Positions 48,893 to 56,015 of a stretch of DNA of 56,015 nucleotides are shown here, piece after piece. A program made the translations under genes and the position numbers. The notes under the pieces are model-generated. The model was not told the origin of the DNA, did not search any database, and worked only from the letters and a program-made list of their open reading frames with translations. This DNA comes from a virus. Lineage: Duplodnaviria; Caudoviricetes. The stretch is from IMG/VR virus record IMGVR_UViG_3300046006_001695, positions 1 through 56,015 of that record; one strand, given 5' to 3'. How positions within the stretch are numbered: the stretch's first letter is position 1; every line of letters begins with the position of its first letter.

Positions 48893-49022
48893 AGATTATA
48901 TCAAGTAAAATGTCCACTGAAAATATTTCACTGGACATTACCGAGGATGCATGTATTAATTTACACACATCCCCTTCATTGTCCAGGGAGTGTACTGCAC
49001 ATATAACTAGTTAAGTATTACA
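48893..49022 (-). promoter_or_regulatory. structured intergenic leader with successive hairpins
   Basis: Sense strand: CCC-TGGACAATGAA-GGG, GGATGTGTGTA/TACATGCATCC, AATGTCCAGTGAAA/TTTCAGTGGACATT. Confidence 0.5.
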
Positions 49023-51104
49023 CTAAATCATTCTAATTGCAGTCTTAACCGTCCATGTATTACTATCGCCCGTCAACTTCAACCGAACGTTTGCACCTAA
49101 AATATCTGCTGTAAAACTTTCACTCAAAGTATCACCAATGTCTGCGGTTGACGTATCAGTAAATTCAATAGTTGAAGTGCCAGCTTGCCATATCGTTAAA
49201 ACTGTTCCAGTTCTAAGATTTGCCCCACTCTTTAATACGTAATCAAAATGTGCAGCATCATAACTACTCGTTGGAAGTGTTGCAACCACGGAGTTGGACG
49301 GGCTTGAAACTGTTGAACTTCCCGAAGTTAACAATATTCCGTGGATAATTGCTCCACCGTTAAGAGTTACTTGAGTTGTTGTAGTTGCACCTTGTGCAGT
49401 AATTTCCGAAAGTGTGATATTACGAGTTCCACCAAGCGTGACACCCGTACCATTGATGGTAATATTATTGGATGTTACTTCTCCACCGGTAACTGAGAAG
49501 TTTGTACTATTGAATGATGCAACACCTTTTGCCGTGGTCGTTGCATTACTACCACTGATAGTAATTGTTTGCCCCGATACGGTTGCCGCAATACCATTCG
49601 TGCCACTAACAATCAATCCTTGGGTCTTGAGAGATACTGTTCCGGTGCCACTTGTTGAGCCGGTAATATTAAGATTGGTGACAATGCCGGTAAGATTACT
49701 ACCATCACCACTGAATCCTACAGACGATGAGATTGACCCAGTGACAACTAATCCCGCTTCCACATGCGTAAGTCTACTTGGAAAATCCACACGAATGGAA
49801 CTGGATGCTGCTCGGCTATCAATATGGTCATCGCCACTTGCCACTGGAACTCGGCCAACGGTTAATCCAACTTCATTGCCCAGTGTGCTTGTGTTTTTTG
49901 GACCAGCAATAAACATTGCACTATTATACGGCTGCCCGCTGATGTTTTCGTAGATAAATTTATCATTTAAACTATCCCAGTATATTGATGCGGTGGCACT
50001 TGTGGACCCAGAATCAAATATTGATAGTCCTGCAAATCTTACATTGTCATCATCATTGAGAACAATTTTACTGGTACCGATATTATATTGCGACGATGTG
50101 ACATACTGCGTACTCATTGAAACCGCTGTCAACAATCCAGTAACCCGCAAGCTTCCCGAAATATTCACATCTTTAGCAATACCCACACCACCTTGAACAA
50201 TTAATGCACCATTGCTGAACACTGTGCTGTTCGTGGTATTGCTAATTGTTTGAACACCAGTGAAGGTGTTAGAACCGGTGGTAGCAATCGTTGCAATACC
50301 CGTGGTATTTCGTACATCTATTTGAACAGAACTACTAACCGTTCCTGCTGGAGCCGAGACAGTTATGGTTTGTCCCGACGCATTTGTTGTAATACCGTTT
50401 GCACCATTAACAGTTAATGTCTGTGTCTTAAGGTCAACGGTACCAGTACCGGTAGTTCCCGCAGTGCTAAGTGTTGCCGCAACTCCAGTTAATCCAGAAC
50501 CGTCACCCTTAAATGAGCCTGTGAATGATCCGGTAAATGGAGATGCAAGATTATTAAATTGTAGTGAGCTACTGACCGTACCAGCGGGCAATTGAGCAGA
50601 ACTACTAAATACTCCTTCCGTATTAAGTTCTTTCTTTACGCCATCCAAGAAATGTACCGAACTTGTATCTAACGTCAATGTACGAGTTGCGGTAATATTA
50701 CCACCACCACTTAAACCAGATCCAGCCGAAATAGATACCGTACTATGATCAATGTGTTGGTTTGCTACATAATTAGTAGTTAGATTATGATCAATCTGCC
50801 CCGATGAGGAAATTGTTCCAGCAGGTGATTGTATTGTTACCGGAAATGTAGACCCATCACCTTTTGTAAACGTGATAGTGTTTCCTGCCCCACTTGCAGT
50901 AACAATACCTGTAGTAGCAACCGAGGAAGTTAACGCATATGACGAACTAATTACGCCCGTAACATTAGCACCATTACCATAAAAAGCATTAGCTCTAATG
51001 TTACCCGAGGACGTAACATCTGCACTAAACACACTGGACCCAGTAACGTCTAGACCAGCCGCCAGTACCTTCAGTCCTTTACGCGCTACAAATTCATTTG
51101 CCAT
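49023..51104 (-). CDS. tail fibre protein
   Basis: MANEFVARKGL start with GGAG Shine-Dalgarno; Ser/Thr/Gly-rich; C-terminal domain related to that of 51137-52525. Confidence 0.8.
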   Translation of the reverse strand: MANEFVARKGLKVLAAGLDVTGSSVFSADVTSSGNIRANAFYGNGANVTGVISSSYALTSSVATTGIVTASGAGNTITFTKGDGSTFPVTIQSPAGTISSSGQIDHNLTTNYVANQHIDHSTVSISAGSGLSGGGNITATRTLTLDTSSVHFLDGVKKELNTEGVFSSSAQLPAGTVSSSLQFNNLASPFTGSFTGSFKGDGSGLTGVAATLSTAGTTGTGTVDLKTQTLTVNGANGITTNASGQTITVSAPAGTVSSSVQIDVRNTTGIATIATTGSNTFTGVQTISNTTNSTVFSNGALIVQGGVGIAKDVNISGSLRVTGLLTAVSMSTQYVTSSQYNIGTSKIVLNDDDNVRFAGLSIFDSGSTSATASIYWDSLNDKFIYENISGQPYNSAMFIAGPKNTSTLGNEVGLTVGRVPVASGDDHIDSRAASSSIRVDFPSRLTHVEAGLVVTGSISSSVGFSGDGSNLTGIVTNLNITGSTSGTGTVSLKTQGLIVSGTNGIAATVSGQTITISGSNATTTAKGVASFNSTNFSVTGGEVTSNNITINGTGVTLGGTRNITLSEITAQGATTTTQVTLNGGAIIHGILLTSGSSTVSSPSNSVVATLPTSSYDAAHFDYVLKSGANLRTGTVLTIWQAGTSTIEFTDTSTADIGDTLSESFTADILGANVRLKLTGDSNTWTVKTAIRMI

Positions 51105-51136
51105 ACGTTATCTCCGAAATGGTTTGTATATAAATA

Positions 51137-52525
51137 TCATAATAGTTTAGGAAACATCTTAAATAAGAATTGCACAGTCCAATCCCCCGACCCAGATCCC
51201 AAACTATTAGCACGTAATATGATATCTGACCCAACTTTAATAAAATTAAAAGATAAATCGTAGGTTTCCCCCACATCCGCGTTAGAAACGTCGGTGAACG
51301 ATATATCACTACCACTCCACGATGCAAGGATAAATCCCGACCGAACTGATCCTATCCGCTGGGCATTATATTCAATAGAAACTCCACTAAATACATCGCT
51401 AGGTATATATGGTTCTATTTGTTCCGTTGCACTAAATATGCCACGTTTTACTGATGAGGAGATAATCGTACTAATTGATGCGGTAGCTGTCGTAACGGCA
51501 ATTTGTGTAGTAGCTAACTTACCAACAAATGATGAGCCGGTAATGCTGGTAGTAACATTCAGTGAACCAGTTATCTGTACTTCATTTCCCGCAGCATATA
51601 TAAGATTACTTCTATTACCATCGTCAGTTCCATTACCTACAATAAAAGCGGCAGGTATAGATGATACAGCGTTAAATTGGCCTTGAACGTGTTGATGATT
51701 GGCTAATGCTATTGTTTGATAACCCTCTGCATGTGAATATGAACCCGATGCTATTGTTTCTTGACCTTCAGCGTGTGAGTAGTCTCCTTTTGCTTGGGTA
51801 TTATCTCCTTCAGCATGTGAGTAGTTTCCTATTGCTTTAGTAATACTTCCTTCAGCATGGGAGTTCTCTCCGGTTGCTATATTCCCCTCTAATCCTTGAA
51901 TAAGAGAGCCTGTTATAGTTTGATTGCCATTAAATGAATTTGAACCAGTTGTTGCAAATCCAAGCGCAACAATTTGAGTTGAACCACTGACAATATTTAC
52001 AGGTATGTTAGCGAGTCCAGTATATGATACTTGCGCAGAACTTGATACGATACCACTCGGAACATTACTAAGTCCCGTATACGAGACTTGTGAGGAACTG
52101 GAGACTACTCCTGACGGGAGTCCTGAAGGTGGCACATACGATGCACTCGTTGCCCAACTGCTTGTTCCTACAAGGTTGCCAACGAATGACCCAGTAAATA
52201 AATTGGCTCTAATAGATTGTGATACGGTAAGATTGCCAAAATAGGCATTGGAGGCAGAAATGGTATCATATACAATTGAGCCACCAGCAGCCAGTGATTG
52301 CGCAACCAGTGCGTAACTAGCCGTGCTTGCATAATCCGCAACGGTAAGATAACTACCAGAGTTATTTGTTACGATGATATCATGGTTATCCACAACAACA
52401 TTATAGTTGTCTCCAGTATTAACCAATACCTGATATACTTCGCTTGGAGTTACCGTGGAAAGATATTCGCTTCCTTTTTCAATAACAACGGTAATATCCG
52501 GTATATCTAGTTTTATATTGTGCAT
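51137..52525 (-). CDS. tail fibre protein with YadA/Hep-Hag-like 14-aa repeats
   Basis: Four tandem [NY]SHAEG..T.A.G units plus GIVSSSAQV repeats. Confidence 0.8.
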   Translation of the reverse strand: MHNIKLDIPDITVVIEKGSEYLSTVTPSEVYQVLVNTGDNYNVVVDNHDIIVTNNSGSYLTVADYASTASYALVAQSLAAGGSIVYDTISASNAYFGNLTVSQSIRANLFTGSFVGNLVGTSSWATSASYVPPSGLPSGVVSSSSQVSYTGLSNVPSGIVSSSAQVSYTGLANIPVNIVSGSTQIVALGFATTGSNSFNGNQTITGSLIQGLEGNIATGENSHAEGSITKAIGNYSHAEGDNTQAKGDYSHAEGQETIASGSYSHAEGYQTIALANHQHVQGQFNAVSSIPAAFIVGNGTDDGNRSNLIYAAGNEVQITGSLNVTTSITGSSFVGKLATTQIAVTTATASISTIISSSVKRGIFSATEQIEPYIPSDVFSGVSIEYNAQRIGSVRSGFILASWSGSDISFTDVSNADVGETYDLSFNFIKVGSDIILRANSLGSGSGDWTVQFLFKMFPKLL

Positions 52526-52528
52526 TTA

Positions 52529-52879
52529 TTATCTAGTTACCGTTGGTCTTACTGTTAATCCGCCTTCTAGGATGCGACGAACTACTGGACCTGTTGAGCC
52601 ACTGGTAATATTAATATCATATACATACTTACGTTGTGTTAGTTGTAGTGTAGATGCAGGATCTAGTTGTATAAATAAACTGCCCGAGGTATATGGAGTT
52701 GCCTTTTCAAACGAAAATGTTGCGGCAACTTCATCTGTGGTGTAATTTTCTCGTAATTGGCCGGTGAACGTATAATTGGTAATATCCAATGGAGTATTGT
52801 TATTACTACGATTTTGCAATTGTACGAGTATTTTAAATGTTTCACCTTGCCCGACTTGAAAATCTGTAATATCTGCCAT
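52529..52879 (-). CDS. small structural protein (BppU-N / Ig-like adaptor type)
   Basis: QGETF...PLDITNYTF..QLR...YVYDI...RILEG...V.P.VT pattern. Confidence 0.7.
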   Translation of the reverse strand: MADITDFQVGQGETFKILVQLQNRSNNNTPLDITNYTFTGQLRENYTTDEVAATFSFEKATPYTSGSLFIQLDPASTLQLTQRKYVYDINITSGSTGPVVRRILEGGLTVRPTVTR

Positions 52880-52961
52880 ATAATTCTCATTATAAAGAAT
52901 ACTCTAGTATAAATATCAAAAAGTATGTTAATAGGGTGGTTTTATATGACTTTATATACAA

Positions 52962-52997
52962 AATCTCCACAGCGTAATTTGTAACGCCGTGGAGATT
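52962..52997 (-). terminator. intrinsic terminator-like hairpin after the tail tube gene
   Basis: AATCTCCACGGCGT-loop-ACGCTGTGGAGATT followed by T residues. Confidence 0.7.
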
Positions 52998-53020
52998 CTA
53001 TATCTATTATTACAACAAGA

Positions 53021-53509
53021 TCAATAATTCAAAACACAATAGTCGGGCTGGACGGTAAGTGTGAATGTCATCACATCATCAGTACTCCAATCCATTTCAC
53101 CAAAGTTGACTTCAGTAATTTGTGCGCCCTTGATAATCCATTCTTCGACTTTATCACCCACTGGGCCAAGCACATTGAGTGTTAAGTCTTTCTTGTAGAA
53201 TTCAAGATATCCGTCACGACCCGTGACCGATTCATGATGTAAACGCACCCATTCCATAACGGCTTGTGCGCCTGATGGGACGATTGGGTCATATAATTCC
53301 AATGCCATACTTCCCCATGTAGTCTTTCCTTTCACATATCGTTGTACATTGATATGATCAAGTGGCTTTGAATCTTGTTTAATAGTTGGCCGTGCTACTT
53401 TTTTTACGAGATAAGAAGGAATTCCATCCATGTATAGGATGAAACGATTTTTCATTTTTGGTTCAAATGCTGTAAAGAACAGCTCTTGTTCTGATACTAG
53501 GTTTGCCAT
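53021..53509 (-). CDS. tail tube protein (gp19-like)
   Basis: FEPKMKNRF...LYDPIVPSGAQAVMEW...GPVGD.VEEW; directly downstream of the sheath gene. Confidence 0.9.
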   Translation of the reverse strand: MANLVSEQELFFTAFEPKMKNRFILYMDGIPSYLVKKVARPTIKQDSKPLDHINVQRYVKGKTTWGSMALELYDPIVPSGAQAVMEWVRLHHESVTGRDGYLEFYKKDLTLNVLGPVGDKVEEWIIKGAQITEVNFGEMDWSTDDVMTFTLTVQPDYCVLNY

Positions 53510-53535
53510 GTATAATCTCCGAAAGGATATCTAAC

Positions 53536-53544
53536 TATAAATAT
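53536..53544 (-). promoter_or_regulatory. candidate late-promoter motif ATATTTAT(A)
   Basis: Same motif lies about 25-35 nt upstream of several genes: 52908-52916, 51129-51137, 37859-37866, 31262-31269, 27715-27722, 14565-14572. Confidence 0.6.
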
Positions 53545-53560
53545 AAGAAGGTTGAAAATT

Positions 53561-53587
53561 GTGAGGGGAGATTTTACCTCCCCCCAC
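53561..53587 (-). terminator. hairpin between the sheath and tube genes
   Basis: GTGGGGGGAG-GTAAAAT-CTCCCCTCAC followed by AATTTT. Confidence 0.6.
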
Positions 53588-53597
53588 CTTTCTCAAT

Positions 53598-55934
53598 TTA
53601 CGCGGTTGGGAACGTTGCGCCTGTTGGGAGAACATTGAAATCAAGAATAATGAATTCTGCTGTTCGTGTGGGTTGTAGATAGAGTTGTCCGTACAGGATG
53701 TTTCTATCAATCACATCAGGCGTGTTATTTGTTTCATCCATGACCACGCGGAATGCGTACAATCCAGAACGTTCTTGTACACTTGCAAGGTATGGGTTGA
53801 CAATGTTGAGGAAACGATTGCGTGTTGCTTCAACATTCTGTTCGAACACTAAATAACGTGCCGAACTTGCAATATACTTCTTCACCGCAATTAACAAACG
53901 ACGGACGTTCACACGATCAAGTGCTGATGAACGGCGTTGTAGTGTCTTCTGACCCCATACGCAGATACCTTGTCCTGGGAACTGTGCAATTGGGTTTACC
54001 TTTCCTTCGTAGAGTGTATCACGACTTGCTTGTGGTAAGCGAACCTTGACACCGACTGCACTTGCAATGCCACCACGATTTAATCCAGCAGGTGCAAACC
54101 ATTCTGCTGCAACATTATCGTTGTAAGCATAAATTTCTGGAAGAATTACTGACGGTGGAACCCAAATTAACTTATTGGTATTGGTATCAATGACTCGTAA
54201 CCACGGATAGTAGGTTGCTGCGTAGTTACTATCAATTTCACCCGCCTTTGCTGTTGCTGTTGCTAATGTAGCGGTTAATCCCGTAGTATCCATGATGTAA
54301 AATGCATCTCCACGATCTTCACACAAGGTTAATGCATAATCTGCAATATATGAATGATATTCATAGATAACACCAGGAAGTATTAATAAGTTAAAGTCAA
54401 ACTGATCTGGATTACTGATGGCATCCAATGCTTTCTTATATGATACTGATCCTGCTGACACAGAGGTTGATAAATTGAACCCTTGACTATTGGTAGCAAC
54501 GATGTCACCGCCCATGTTAATGTCACGTGCAGGATTTAATCCGTCAAATCCGCCTTGGAAGGCCACCGAGAACTTACGATAGATGAAACTATCTGCGTCT
54601 GACAGTGAGATTGCCTTTGGCACTGCTCCATTTGGCACATCCACGATGTTTTCAAGATTAAATACTGTACCAACGGTAACTGAGCCCGATGGAATTGGTC
54701 CAAGATAAGAATTATTGGTTTCATTTCCTGCGTCAAAATTCCAACCATAATAATATTTCTTGTCGATTGATTGTGTAGTATATCCTTCAACTGCGCCGTC
54801 AAGCCAACGACTTGTGACATAATCTGGTGCCGTTAATTCACTTGATGCCGCCGACACGGTTGATTCATATGCCGCAAATCCAAACGGAAGTGCTGTTTCT
54901 GGAATCTGCGCATCCGTCATTTCTACCCAAATATATTGTGAGTTATTTGGGAAGTCACCTTGATAATACATTTCACCCGTTACAGTATCTTCAGTTGGTG
55001 CACTGTTACCAATGACCCGTGCAATATACTGTGGACTATCTGGGTCAAGATTTACATTGTCAAACTGTTCTAATATTTCCGAACGTGCATCCGTGTCATC
55101 ATAACGACGAACGAACATTGTAAAGGTACCAAAATTATATTCAACATCTCCACTGGCTTTCATGTTTGCAAACGATACTTTAATTTCTTTGTTTGCAGAA
55201 TTGCCGTCACTGAGTGTGTGAATCTTGAATAGATCTAATTTACTACCACCCAACGTTTGTGATTGAATATACGGCGTACTGGCGTGATTGTAATTGCCAT
55301 ATGTTGAGCCATCAAAATTTAACGCAGTACTTGATGTTACTGCTTGGAATGTAATACTAGTTCCGGCGGCGGCCACTGCTTCAGGGAAAATTGCATAAAT
55401 ATATGAATTTTGTGTTGTAATTGGTGTTGAAGCAAAATAATCTTGGAATGCGTTGGAAGTTCCCTCAGTCGGACTCAGTGAACTTGCACTAATGTTGGTA
55501 CCGCCTGATGCCGATACAACTAAGCTAAAACTACTAGTAGTTCCGGTTGCTGTTGCATTCGTAATCGTATTTCCTGTACTGCTTGGATGTAATACCGCAT
55601 ATACTTTTCTACCCGACGATCCACTGGCATAAATTACCGCAGACTTTGTGGTGGTGGGGTCATATCCAGTAGTTCCTAATACACGAACGATGGTTGCTAC
55701 ACCAGATTCGCGGAGATAATTTTTTGCCGACAATCCCGTGTAATGATTGGTATCTGCTTCGCCAAATCTGGTAATATATTCCTGTTGACCACGCACGATG
55801 GTCGGGATAAACGCTGGACCTTTTGGTGTGGGTCCAATAAATGCCGCCCCGATTTCACTAATACCTTGAGTTAGGAAACTTAAATCCCGTTCTCTGGTAA
55901 ATACGCCAGGGGAAACAATTCTTTCATTTGCCAT
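53598..55934 (-). CDS. contractile tail sheath protein (gp18-like)
   Basis: SPGVFTRE, GPTPKGPAF, WFAPAGLNRG, WGQKTLQ, RVNVRRLL, FEQN and PTRTAEFI. Confidence 0.96.
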   Translation of the reverse strand: MANERIVSPGVFTRERDLSFLTQGISEIGAAFIGPTPKGPAFIPTIVRGQQEYITRFGEADTNHYTGLSAKNYLRESGVATIVRVLGTTGYDPTTTKSAVIYASGSSGRKVYAVLHPSSTGNTITNATATGTTSSFSLVVSASGGTNISASSLSPTEGTSNAFQDYFASTPITTQNSYIYAIFPEAVAAAGTSITFQAVTSSTALNFDGSTYGNYNHASTPYIQSQTLGGSKLDLFKIHTLSDGNSANKEIKVSFANMKASGDVEYNFGTFTMFVRRYDDTDARSEILEQFDNVNLDPDSPQYIARVIGNSAPTEDTVTGEMYYQGDFPNNSQYIWVEMTDAQIPETALPFGFAAYESTVSAASSELTAPDYVTSRWLDGAVEGYTTQSIDKKYYYGWNFDAGNETNNSYLGPIPSGSVTVGTVFNLENIVDVPNGAVPKAISLSDADSFIYRKFSVAFQGGFDGLNPARDINMGGDIVATNSQGFNLSTSVSAGSVSYKKALDAISNPDQFDFNLLILPGVIYEYHSYIADYALTLCEDRGDAFYIMDTTGLTATLATATAKAGEIDSNYAATYYPWLRVIDTNTNKLIWVPPSVILPEIYAYNDNVAAEWFAPAGLNRGGIASAVGVKVRLPQASRDTLYEGKVNPIAQFPGQGICVWGQKTLQRRSSALDRVNVRRLLIAVKKYIASSARYLVFEQNVEATRNRFLNIVNPYLASVQERSGLYAFRVVMDETNNTPDVIDRNILYGQLYLQPTRTAEFIILDFNVLPTGATFPTA

Positions 55935-55957
55935 ACGAATCCTCCAAATGGGTTATA

Positions 55958-56015
55958 TTATTCTGATACTTCCCCGGTTTCCATATCTATGTTACCAGTT
56001 CCATATGTCTGTTGC
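55958..56015 (-). CDS. 3' end of an upstream gene (partial)
   Basis: Reads QQTYGTGNIDMETGEVSE-stop just before the sheath Shine-Dalgarno. Confidence 0.55.
   Translation of the reverse strand, partial: QQTYGTGNIDMETGEVSE

Noticed and set aside
40861-52525. Diversity-generating retroelement or invertase-based fibre switching
   Set aside because: No reverse transcriptase or site-specific recombinase in the window, no template/variable repeat pair differing at adenines noticed, and all genes share one orientation.
1-56015. Stop-codon reassignment
   Set aside because: Genes tile densely with intact motifs in the standard code, and TAA, TAG and TGA all end genes.

Overview
This is a 56 kb segment of a large T4-like (contractile-tailed) bacteriophage genome. 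Essentially every real gene is on the minus strand, and ORFs tile densely in the standard code. In transcription order (right to left) it holds: tail sheath and tube; a long tail-fibre/LamG/adhesin array; a Pro/Ser/Thr-rich, cystine-knot-tipped protein; a glycosylation island (GDP-mannose 3,5-epimerase-like enzyme, a four-domain glycosyltransferase, two more GTs, a 2OG-Fe(II) oxygenase); a SNF2 helicase; tail-assembly chaperone, tape measure and baseplate genes; a replication/nucleotide module (PolA-like, UDP-sugar dehydrogenase, SSB, RecA/UvsX, 5'-3' exonuclease, helicase, class II RNR, GT2, PlcP/LpxH-like phosphoesterase, thioredoxins, dUTPase, PolB, ligase); a tRNA-like RNA; and a truncated amidase. 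The best candidate for an undescribed system is a eukaryote-style protein O-glycosylation pathway. A single polypeptide fuses HPAT/SGT1-like, O-fucosyltransferase-like and two GT60-like domains, and it is encoded beside its nucleotide-sugar enzyme and an extensin/mucin-like candidate substrate. Other signals: an oversized tRNA-like RNA, a shared palindromic operator over the SSB and RecA promoters, a probable +1/-2 frameshift in the tail chaperone, a circularly permuted lysozyme-like domain, and a second (family A) polymerase. All family calls come from motif recognition by eye; no searches were run.
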